Notes under the pieces: generated by a model
Told to the model about the DNA's origin: nothing
Databases searched by the model: none
What the model saw: the letters and a program-made list of their open reading frames with translations, nothing else
From: a virus
Taxonomy: Duplodnaviria; Caudoviricetes
DNA: 27,117 nucleotides
IMG/VR virus record: IMGVR_UViG_3300005827_000094
Span: 1 to 27,117 of that record
Reading direction: 5' to 3' (one strand)
In this document: piece after piece, positions 18,746 to 25,775 of the stretch
How positions within the stretch are numbered: the first letter of the stretch is position 1
Layout: every line of letters starts with the position of its first letter
Program-made: the position numbers and the translations under genes

Positions 18746-19147
18746 TTATGACACTGAAGGAAATATTTGTTCAATTTTTTCTTCCAAGACGGAAAGCCGC
18801 GCCAACAGGTCTTCCATCATAACAAAAACGTTTTGCTTTGTTATCTTGACTCCCCTTTTCTTTCTTTTCTTCAGTTGTTTTTGCTGTTCCTTGTTTGCCT
18901 GTTTTATAATCTTGTGTTCTTCCCGGTTCAGGGTAACAACCGCGTCAAACTCTTTAATAAAGATATCCCAATGGTAAGCCGGAATGTGAAAAAGGAACTT
19001 CTTTGTTTTCTTGATCGAAAGCCCCTTGAAGTGTTTCAAGCCAATATCGCTGAAGGAATATCTGCAAAGAACGTGTTCAGGCAATTCATCGTTGTGTTTT
19101 TTGATGATTTCCAATTCCCTGTTTTCTTGATTAATTCGAAATAACAT
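18746..19147 (-). CDS. Hypothetical basic protein
   Basis: 133 aa; AAGGGA RBS; tightly packed in the operon. Confidence 0.72.
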   Translation of the reverse strand: MLFRINQENRELEIIKKHNDELPEHVLCRYSFSDIGLKHFKGLSIKKTKKFLFHIPAYHWDIFIKEFDAVVTLNREEHKIIKQANKEQQKQLKKRKKRGVKITKQNVFVMMEDLLARLSVLEEKIEQIFPSVS

Positions 19148-19148
19148 T

Positions 19149-19325
19149 TTAGTTTCCCTTTTTGAAATAAGTTTTTTCGATTGCCTTGTTAAAATCGTTG
19201 ACGGATGGCAAAGAACTTGATCGTTTTTTCATGCCCTTCATCGCTTTCATTGTAACCCGCTCAAAAGGTGTTTTTGAAGCAAGTAACGTTGCCATTTCCT
19301 GAATAAGAGCCTTGTTTGTGTTCAT
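19149..19325 (-). CDS. Hypothetical protein (58 aa; below the ORF-track cutoff)
   Basis: MNTNKALIQEMATLLASKTPFERVTMKAMKG...YFKKGN; ATGA overlap upstream; fills the gap between neighbours. Confidence 0.7.
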   Translation of the reverse strand: MNTNKALIQEMATLLASKTPFERVTMKAMKGMKKRSSSLPSVNDFNKAIEKTYFKKGN

Positions 19326-19705
19326 TTCTTCTTATCCTTTTTCTTTTTCTTCTTTTTCTTTTTCTTCTCCCCTGTCGGAACTTCCTTTTTCAGTTCTTCA
19401 GCGGCTATTCTGTTGCCTTTTTCCGCGTTCATGCGGTCTTGGGTATGTTTCGGAAGAATAGTCAAAGGATTGCCCCTTTTATGCCAATGTTGGCAACAAT
19501 ATTTCTTGTCGGGTTCCGGCAAAAACCATGATAGTTTGTCGGCTTCTTCAACCGTGTAATCAATCATCGTATAGCGTTGATGAAGGGCCATAAAAAGAGA
19601 AGGACCGCCGCCAAACGTACAAAATCGCCTTGAACCATCGACGTTAAAATTAAGCATGGTATAGGCGAAATAATGACCGCAATTTTTGCAACATTTATCT
19701 TTCAT
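19322..19705 (-). CDS. Cys-rich hypothetical protein with poly-Lys tail
   Basis: CCKNC..FC..YCCQHW; C-terminus EKKKKKKKKKKDKKK; ATGA overlaps at both ends. Confidence 0.75.
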   Translation of the reverse strand: MKDKCCKNCGHYFAYTMLNFNVDGSRRFCTFGGGPSLFMALHQRYTMIDYTVEEADKLSWFLPEPDKKYCCQHWHKRGNPLTILPKHTQDRMNAEKGNRIAAEELKKEVPTGEKKKKKKKKKKDKKK

Positions 19706-20064
19706 CCGCCGTTTATCTCCCCATTAATGAAAAATTCCAGTTCATGCGGATTTTCTAAATATTTGAAATCCTGAACAGAATCATTATAAAGTTGAATTTG
19801 AACCGGGTTCATATCCTTAGCTTTAATAAATTGCGTGAATGGAAGCAATGAATAATTAACAATGAAGACATAAAACCCGCTTATTACCTTACCGGTCAAG
19901 CCTGAAACTTTACGGAAAATTACCAAACTTGGAACGGTAATTTTTCTTTTAACAGGCAAAGCAAAAAGGCAATATTCATCATCATCATTTAAACGGAAAG
20001 TATCACCTTTCCGCATTATAAGATTGAAATCCTTTATTCCAAGATAAACCCAATGATCAGCCAT
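19702..20064 (-). CDS. Hypothetical protein
   Basis: 120 aa; AGGGG RBS; overlaps neighbours. Confidence 0.72.
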   Translation of the reverse strand: MADHWVYLGIKDFNLIMRKGDTFRLNDDDEYCLFALPVKRKITVPSLVIFRKVSGLTGKVISGFYVFIVNYSLLPFTQFIKAKDMNPVQIQLYNDSVQDFKYLENPHELEFFINGEINGG

Positions 20065-20317
20065 TATTTACCCCTTCGTCTCTAAATTCGCATGGTTTGC
20101 GGCTCAATTTCGCCTTTACTGGATTACTTGCTTGAACTATCTGTTCGCCAGCCTTACACCAATACAAAGAAACCTTGCCGTGTTTGTCCAAAGTATTCAG
20201 CCATTTTTTATTGACTGATTGCCATTTACCCTTCATCCAAAAGGAAAGGGCTTGTTCATCTCGAAAGGCTCTTGTCATACAATTGAAACAATCTTGGCAA
20301 CCAAACATTAAACGCAT
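20057..20317 (-). CDS. Small Cys-containing hypothetical protein
   Basis: 86 aa; CQDCFNC..WC..PC; TAATG overlap. Confidence 0.7.
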   Translation of the reverse strand: MRLMFGCQDCFNCMTRAFRDEQALSFWMKGKWQSVNKKWLNTLDKHGKVSLYWCKAGEQIVQASNPVKAKLSRKPCEFRDEGVNNG

Positions 20318-20871
20318 TATGATATTACCGTTTTTGGTTCAAGGTTATTCAAAGCCCGCAATGCAGACCGGGAGATTAACAGGCGGGCGGTATGGTCATT
20401 TCCTATTTCAATCAACAATTCAAAATGATCTTCAATCAACTGAAGCCCGCAAGGTGCCGCGTCAAGGATCGTGTTCGATGGTATAAGGATATTGCGATTT
20501 AAAGCCATCCTTTCTTTCCGGTCACCATAAACCGCCCGGCTTTCTTCTGTTGATACTTGCCATCCTTCGGGATAATCTTCAACAACTGGTTTTAACCTTG
20601 CATCAGTTGAATATGTTCCAGGGGGAAGAGAAACCTTTAAATCATGATTCTTTACTTCAAAAGTTGTTGGTTCATCGATTTTAAAGATTTTCGTTTCTCC
20701 AATGGCGGTTCTTTTAATTCCTTCCCATCCACCAAATTGAAAAAGATCAAAACCAAAATTATTGGCAATTTCGCTTATTTGACTAGCCATTTCCTTTAAT
20801 TCGGCTTCGCTTCTTTCTTCCCCTGATTCATCAGAAAGACGAACAACAAAATCTTCTTGTGGTTTCCACAT
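20317..20871 (-). CDS. Hypothetical protein
   Basis: 184 aa; AAGGTG RBS; no recognised family. Confidence 0.75.
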   Translation of the reverse strand: MWKPQEDFVVRLSDESGEERSEAELKEMASQISEIANNFGFDLFQFGGWEGIKRTAIGETKIFKIDEPTTFEVKNHDLKVSLPPGTYSTDARLKPVVEDYPEGWQVSTEESRAVYGDRKERMALNRNILIPSNTILDAAPCGLQLIEDHFELLIEIGNDHTARLLISRSALRALNNLEPKTVIS

Positions 20872-20883
20872 AATAGCACCTTT

Positions 20884-21279
20884 TTAGAATTTTTTGTTTC
20901 CATGCCGGTATTCCCGGCCCGCGTTGTATTCCATCTTTTTAATAAGAGCGGCTGAAAGTAACAAGAACTTTCTTCGGCTGAAATGGCAAACCCTAATGAT
21001 ACAATCAGCAAGTTCTTCTTCGATCCCTAAAAAATCGGGTATTTTGTCACTAGAAAGCCCTTCACGCAACGCTTCAAGCCCTTCGGATAGTTCACTATGC
21101 ATCAGGGCGATTTCTTCACCTTCGTTCATTGGTTTGTCATGCCAGCCCTTCTTTTCCCCCATCTCGTAACCCTTTTCCGAAATCAGTTCCAATGCCCTGA
21201 TAATGCAATTTTCTTCTTCCCTTGTGAATACCTTCGCTGATTCGTTGTCCTTTGGTCTTTCTTGTTTCTCGTTCAACAT
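20884..21279 (-). CDS. MazG-like all-alpha NTP pyrophosphohydrolase
   Basis: IALMHSELSEGLEALR..EEELADCIIR..KMEYN..R..RHG.KKF; ExxE/ExxD metal motifs. Start moved to ATG 21279 (GGAGG). Confidence 0.88.
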   Translation of the reverse strand: MLNEKQERPKDNESAKVFTREEENCIIRALELISEKGYEMGEKKGWHDKPMNEGEEIALMHSELSEGLEALREGLSSDKIPDFLGIEEELADCIIRVCHFSRRKFLLLSAALIKKMEYNAGREYRHGNKKF

Positions 21280-21394
21280 CCCAATCCTCCAACATGATGA
21301 ATATTTTTCCAGGTGATTTTTGCCAAACCCAATTATTACCAATCTTGTTCAGATACCATTTACCGCCAATCGCTTTTCTTATTACCTTGTTCAT
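21137..21394 (-). CDS. Hypothetical protein (overlaps the MazG-like gene by 143 nt)
   Basis: ATGA coupling at 21391-21394; MNKVIRKAIGGKWYLNKIGNNWVW...; the long 3' overlap lowers confidence. Confidence 0.5.
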   Translation of the reverse strand: MNKVIRKAIGGKWYLNKIGNNWVWQKSPGKIFIMLEDWDVERETRKTKGQRISEGIHKGRRKLHYQGIGTDFGKGLRDGGKEGLA

Positions 21395-21618
21395 TGTTCC
21401 CATAATGTTGGATTCTCTTGAATCTCTTCTTCCGCGCATTGTTTATGAAACGTTCTGAAAAGCCCATCATTAACAGATTTAAGTTTTTTGAAATGATGTT
21501 GCCATAAATGATGTTGGCAACGAAAACAAACCGGCGTTTTTCTTTTGCGTTTATCACCCAAAGGAAAAAAGTGTTCTTTTCTTGCTAATTCATCAGCTAA
21601 TTCTAAATCACTTTTCAT
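21391..21618 (-). CDS. Small putative zinc-binding protein
   Basis: 75 aa from ATG 21618; CFRC...HKQC motif; overlaps the end of terS. Confidence 0.7.
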   Translation of the reverse strand: MKSDLELADELARKEHFFPLGDKRKRKTPVCFRCQHHLWQHHFKKLKSVNDGLFRTFHKQCAEEEIQENPTLWEQ

Positions 21619-21994
21619 TTTCGTTTTCCCCTTCTTCCGGTCCCATATCAAGAATAACCTTATAAGCCCGTTTCGGCTTGGCTTCACTTTGCCGCCGTTG
21701 TGCGGCTTCACTCCAACCAAGGGCATTTTCAAAAGCCATCTTTGCAAGGGTCTGGTTAACGCGGGAATCCATCATTGCGTTTGCAAGCTTTCTTTGCCAA
21801 CTTGATTTGAAGAAAGCCAAGCCGTCTTCGATGGTATTTTGAAGTTTTTTATTCTTCTTCAAATATCTGTTGAATTGGCGTTGTGACAAATCAAAATCAA
21901 AAAGAAAGTTTTCCATTGTCAAACCTTCCCGCATGTAAGCTAACACTATCTTGCAAATCTGATTAAGATTTGATCTTTTTAGTTCAATTGACAT
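21608..21994 (-). CDS. terS: Probable terminase small subunit
   Basis: N-terminal HTH-like segment (EGLTMENF..LSQRQFNRYLKK), helical middle, ENALGW motif typical of P22/Sf6-like TerS; first gene of the late operon. Confidence 0.72.
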   Translation of the reverse strand: MSIELKRSNLNQICKIVLAYMREGLTMENFLFDFDLSQRQFNRYLKKNKKLQNTIEDGLAFFKSSWQRKLANAMMDSRVNQTLAKMAFENALGWSEAAQRRQSEAKPKRAYKVILDMGPEEGENENEK

Positions 21995-22003
21995 GATTTT
22001 GCC

Positions 22004-22022
22004 TTACTTTGGATTTACTTTG
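22004..22022 (-). promoter_or_regulatory. CAAAGTAA-N3-CAAAGTAA box, copy 1
   Basis: CAAAGTAAATCCAAAGTAA on the minus strand, abutting the terS RBS. Confidence 0.7.
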
Positions 22023-22036
22023 TTTATTTAGACAAA

Positions 22037-22167
22037 TAGACAATTTAGATAAGCGTATAGGAAAATGTAAAAATAAGTAAAAATAAGATAAGTATATGAT
22101 ATAATAATAAAAATATATATAAATATAAAATTCGTCTTTTTTTATATACTCTTATCTAAATTGTCTA
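22037..22167. repeat. 23-bp inverted repeat around an 85-bp very AT-rich spacer (candidate origin or packaging site)
   Basis: 22037-22059 TAGACAATTTAGATAAGCGTATA vs reverse complement of 22145-22167 TAGACAATTTAGATAAGAGTATA (22/23). Confidence 0.85.
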
Positions 22168-22211
22168 AATCGAAAAAATTTTTTTGAATTAGCATTTGAG
22201 TTTTCCTCTTA

Positions 22212-22230
22212 TTACTTTGGATTTGCTTTG
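22212..22230 (-). promoter_or_regulatory. CAAAGCAA-N3-CAAAGTAA box, copy 2
   Basis: CAAAGCAAATCCAAAGTAA, 18/19 identical to copy 1; just downstream of the primase stop. Confidence 0.7.
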
Positions 22231-22249
22231 TCATCTTAATGACACTAAT

Positions 22250-24580
22250 TCAAATCTCTTCAGCGAGTGTATAGCTTTTTCCGTCTCTAAACAGTATTTC
22301 AGCTTCAACAAGACAATTCACCCAAGAAGGAACAAACCCATTTCTTAACGATTGTTGAAACTTGTTTTGAATATCGCCTAATGTCCATTCTGTTGCCCCT
22401 CTTGTTTCCTTGTCCTTCTTGAGCCGTTCCATAACTTTGATTGCACCATTGATAATGTCATTCTGTTCAAGCTTGTTGAGTACATCCAAGGTTTGTTCCA
22501 TCAATACCGTTACAATCTCTTTACCTTTCAAATAATCTTTCTCGCTGATTTCAAACCTTGGCAAGCCGAATTCCTGTTTTGCATCAGTAAATATGCCATC
22601 AGGATTTTTCATAACAGCAACAACAACCGCCATTTTAACCGACAGGGTAACAATCTTGTTTGAAACGTCCTTGTAATTACTCCAAACGGTATCAAGCTTG
22701 TTTGCATATTCATTTGAAAATTCGATTCTTCTTTTCCTGGCTTCCTTGCTTAACATCGCCAACACTTCCGGCCCGTTGTAATCCAGGACCGCTTTAACCG
22801 CTTTGTTATATGTTACCATCTTCGAAATATCTAAATCTTGTTCGTCTTCTGATTCCCTGAATTGGTCAGCAACGTTTTCATCAAGAACCTTGATAAACAT
22901 TCGGGCGAGTAAGCCCGATTCTCTCATTGATGTTTTGGTTACGAGTTCCCGAAGAAGGTCAAGTTGCACCTTCAGGCAAAGATTGATGCAAGGGGAATAC
23001 AAGACAATTTCAATATCATCCTTAACCCGGCTTCTTCGGTAAGTGTCACCCGTTAAGCCGGTAATGTAAATATTTTCTGATGTGTTATCGTATCGCCCTG
23101 TAATGTTCCTGATTGTGTTTCGGGCATCATCCGAATGAATAAACATAACTTCATTATTCTTTGCCAAGGAATCCGAAAGCCGTTCTTCGGTTGCGTCAGA
23201 TTCAATATACTTTGGGCGAGGTCTTGACAGATTACCAATCTTCTTTTGAATTGCCGTCATCATGTCAACTTTTGTTTCTTCGTCAATCGAATCATCCTTT
23301 TCAATCCTCAAATATTGGGCTTTCAAAACCTTGACTTCCGCCGTTGACTTCGCTTGCCCTGATTCCCATTCTTGCATTTTTCTTTTTTCGAATTCCTTGA
23401 AAGGATGAATCAACGGGCGGTCGATTGCCGATTTTCGCCCGCCTGACGGCATACCAATAATAGAACCCATTGAACAATTATGAACTAACCCTTCCCGTTC
23501 AACAATCCTTATCTTCTTATTTATGGCGGCTGAAAAGATCATCAACATTGTTGTAATGACGGGATCGATGGAAACGCGATTGAAACGAGCAACTTCTTGG
23601 GCGGCTTCACGCATGTTTTTTGGAAGGTGTTTGACATTTAAAGAAAACTTGTTGTATTCCATCAACTCAAGTTTCTTTTTAAATAATTCCTTTGGGGCGA
23701 GTTTCTTCTTGACCGGGTAATTTTTCTCAACTTCGCGTAATGTCGGAAGACCAACCATTTGACCGGCTTTGAACTTGCATCGGTTCCATTTCTTCAGGCA
23801 ATCTTCTTCTTTGTAGTCTTTATATTTTTGATCCTTTTCGCAATAGGTTCCGGCAGACCATTTTTTAAAAAGTTCCCATCCTTCCTGACTTCCGCCCGTT
23901 TTATAGTGAATTGCCTTACAGACAAGAAACCAATCGGGTTCAGAAATATCAGGCCGGATATTCATGATTATCCGGTAAAGGTCAGCTAGGGAAATGTCTG
24001 ATTCACCTTTACCTTTCACAACCTTGGGGGAATCGGAACCGGAACCAACTGAAAAACGCTTATTGACTTGTTTCGAGATATCCCGAATTTTGCCTTGTCC
24101 AAAACCGGAAAAGGTAAAATACCGAGTTCCGGCATAGATAAAGCGGCGGTCAACACCATTCAGCTTTGACGCACCTTTACCAATGATATGGATACCGGAA
24201 CCGGAAACCGATATTTCATAATATGAATCAAGGTCTTCAACATGTTTCTTGACTTCAGGATTGATTATTATTCCGTCTTCAACGCAATCATCAAAATCAA
24301 TACCAAAATAATCATGGTCAGGGGAAAAGAAGAAGCCGATACCATCCGCAATGCCACCTTGTGACATATGGCTTAATGCTTCTTTTAATGTGAATGAATA
24401 AGAACGAGCATCGATGTGTTGCCCTGTCGGGGAAATAGGTACTTTTGTCCATTTATCAACAACGTGTTTCCATTTCCATAAACCCCAATAGGGTAATTTT
24501 CTGATATCTTTGGGAATATTGCTTTTTTGAACATTAATCTTTGGTGGAACAATCTTCGGATTACTCTTGTCAATAGCCAT
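22250..24580 (-). CDS. Primase-polymerase / helicase (NrS-1-like AEP domain + PriCT-2 + DUF3987/YfjI-like P-loop domain)
   Basis: GIGFFF..GIDFDDC and EISVSGSGIHI (AEP); DWFLVCKAIH..GWELFKKWS (PriCT-2); GMPSGGRKS, DATEERL, SGLLAR (DUF3987-like). Likely start ATG 24580 (GAGG). Confidence 0.9.
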   Translation of the reverse strand: MAIDKSNPKIVPPKINVQKSNIPKDIRKLPYWGLWKWKHVVDKWTKVPISPTGQHIDARSYSFTLKEALSHMSQGGIADGIGFFFSPDHDYFGIDFDDCVEDGIIINPEVKKHVEDLDSYYEISVSGSGIHIIGKGASKLNGVDRRFIYAGTRYFTFSGFGQGKIRDISKQVNKRFSVGSGSDSPKVVKGKGESDISLADLYRIIMNIRPDISEPDWFLVCKAIHYKTGGSQEGWELFKKWSAGTYCEKDQKYKDYKEEDCLKKWNRCKFKAGQMVGLPTLREVEKNYPVKKKLAPKELFKKKLELMEYNKFSLNVKHLPKNMREAAQEVARFNRVSIDPVITTMLMIFSAAINKKIRIVEREGLVHNCSMGSIIGMPSGGRKSAIDRPLIHPFKEFEKRKMQEWESGQAKSTAEVKVLKAQYLRIEKDDSIDEETKVDMMTAIQKKIGNLSRPRPKYIESDATEERLSDSLAKNNEVMFIHSDDARNTIRNITGRYDNTSENIYITGLTGDTYRRSRVKDDIEIVLYSPCINLCLKVQLDLLRELVTKTSMRESGLLARMFIKVLDENVADQFRESEDEQDLDISKMVTYNKAVKAVLDYNGPEVLAMLSKEARKRRIEFSNEYANKLDTVWSNYKDVSNKIVTLSVKMAVVVAVMKNPDGIFTDAKQEFGLPRFEISEKDYLKGKEIVTVLMEQTLDVLNKLEQNDIINGAIKVMERLKKDKETRGATEWTLGDIQNKFQQSLRNGFVPSWVNCLVEAEILFRDGKSYTLAEEI

Positions 24581-24700
24581 CCTCAAGCCCTTTATTTAAT
24601 TGAAAATTTGTGCCCATTAGAAGGAAGGGCGGTTAGCTAGACCGCCCCTTGGTCCTTCAGGGCTTGGGCAAGGTATACTAATCATTTTTCAGAATTTCAA
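24581..24700 (-). promoter_or_regulatory. Putative primase promoter and structured leader
   Basis: TTGAAA (24700-24695), 17 bp, TATACC (24677-24672); nested stems 24625-24633/24641-24649, 24620-24624/24654-24658, 24611-24616/24665-24670; alternative stem 24584-24591/24659-24666. Confidence 0.6.
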
Positions 24701-24757
24701 GCGTTAAAGTCTTAATCTTTCAGAATTATATTTTTATTAAGCCATATCAAAATATTC

Positions 24758-24793
24758 TTGACGGCAAAGTAAAACCAAAGTAAAGTCAAAGCA
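24758..24793 (+). promoter_or_regulatory. Sigma70-type early promoter overlapped by three CAAAGYA half-sites (box copy 3)
   Basis: TTGACG (24758-24763), 17 bp, TAAAGT (24781-24786), AT-rich upstream; CAAAGTA at 24765 and 24776, CAAAGCA at 24787. Confidence 0.75.
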
Positions 24794-24833
24794 TACTAGA
24801 TAACAATTCAACTTCTTCCAGAGGAACAAAGCC

Positions 24834-25115
24834 ATGATGAAACAAGAATTCATTAACCTGATCAACGCCAAAACCGCTGATTCAAGAACCGATTTCAACG
24901 ATGACAATTACGCCATCATCGAAAAAGTTTACATGTTTCATCCGGCGATTGACGGCAAAGATTCCATCATTGATTTGTATCTGACTTTTGGAATGACTAT
25001 CATAATCGATATGTTGCCAAGGGCGGAAAAAATCGAAGCCGTTGAAATCGAAATCAACAAACACAAGAACGAAATCGAAGTTTTAAGAAATCGGATGGCG
25101 GAACTTAGCAACTAA
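24834..25115 (+). CDS. Early hypothetical protein
   Basis: 93 aa; GAGGA RBS; acidic, with a C-terminal coiled-coil-like segment. Confidence 0.85.
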   Translation: MMKQEFINLINAKTADSRTDFNDDNYAIIEKVYMFHPAIDGKDSIIDLYLTFGMTIIIDMLPRAEKIEAVEIEINKHKNEIEVLRNRMAELSN

Positions 25116-25160
25116 CATTCAAGCCCGGCCTAATCAGCCGGGCAAACTTCTTCCAGGGGA
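25113..25160 (+). repeat. Early-region intergenic repeat with hairpin, copy A
   Basis: TAACATTCAA-GCCCGGC ctaatca GCCGGGC-AAACTTCTTCCAGGGGA. Confidence 0.88.
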
Positions 25161-25165
25161 AAACC

Positions 25166-25405
25166 ATGATAGAAAACAACGAAATAAGGGCAAGAATATT
25201 AGAAAGAAATACAGCGGCTAATGTTTGCGGCTATATGGTAAGGTTTGATAACGGCAACGAAAAGCTTTTCGCAATAGACAAAAATAAAAATTGTTACGAA
25301 TCGCCTGAAAGGAAATTCAGCGTTAATTTTGATGGACGTTTTTCCAAGTGTTCAACGGTTCCAGACAACGCGGAATTCATCGGATATTACAAAATAAACA
25401 TCTAA
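25166..25405 (+). CDS. Early hypothetical protein
   Basis: 79 aa; GGGGA RBS; lies exactly between repeat copies A and B. Confidence 0.82.
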   Translation: MIENNEIRARILERNTAANVCGYMVRFDNGNEKLFAIDKNKNCYESPERKFSVNFDGRFSKCSTVPDNAEFIGYYKINI

Positions 25406-25440
25406 CCATTCAAGCCCGGTCGAAAGGCCGGGCAAACTTC
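25403..25440 (+). repeat. Early-region intergenic repeat with hairpin, copy B
   Basis: TAACCATTCAA-GCCCGGTC gaaa GGCCGGGC-AAACTTC. Confidence 0.88.
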
Positions 25441-25451
25441 AGGTGACAAAA

Positions 25452-25718
25452 ATGGGAAACGGCAATTTAATAATTACCAAAGAATCAGAAAAGATTTTTC
25501 ATATCAAAAGCGATTTTTCTTATTTTATGGATGGAACCAAAATCAACATGAAAGCCGCTTTCAATTATGCCGGTAATCTTTCCAACATGGAAGCCCGAAG
25601 AATTTCAACCGAACGTTATATTATTGTCAATCCGGTTGCTATTGGTCATGAGGCAACAATTGAAGCCGCCAAAAATCTTCAAATCGGGGAAACTGCAACC
25701 GTTCCCGTTAAATGGTGA
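25452..25718 (+). CDS. Early hypothetical protein
   Basis: 88 aa from ATG 25452 (AGGTGA RBS). Confidence 0.8.
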   Translation: MGNGNLIITKESEKIFHIKSDFSYFMDGTKINMKAAFNYAGNLSNMEARRISTERYIIVNPVAIGHEATIEAAKNLQIGETATVPVKW

Positions 25719-25724
25719 CAACAT

Positions 25725-25750
25725 AGGGGCGGGAGAAATCCCGCCTTTCT
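25725..25750 (+). terminator. GC-rich hairpin with GAAA loop; weak intrinsic terminator or RNA stabiliser
   Basis: GGCGGGA gaaa TCCCGCC (25728-25745) followed by TTTCT. Confidence 0.55.
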
Positions 25751-25775
25751 ATCAATCTTATTCCTTGGGGGGAAT

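Noticed and set aside
24-23989. Numerous plus-strand ORFs of 60-131 aa opposite the structural and replication genes
   Set aside because: They are antisense shadows of well-supported minus-strand genes and carry no recognisable motifs.
2749-24573. Alternative-frame minus-strand ORFs nested in genes (e.g. 2749..3075, 10065..10349, 13010..13258, 15209..15472, 24385..24573)
   Set aside because: Largely or fully inside stronger genes, with no motif or coupling evidence.
25113-25440. Mini CRISPR array or integron attC sites
   Set aside because: Only two full copies; the intervening DNA is a complete ~240-bp gene; loops differ; no cas or integrase gene and no attC RYYYAAC/GTTRRRY ends.
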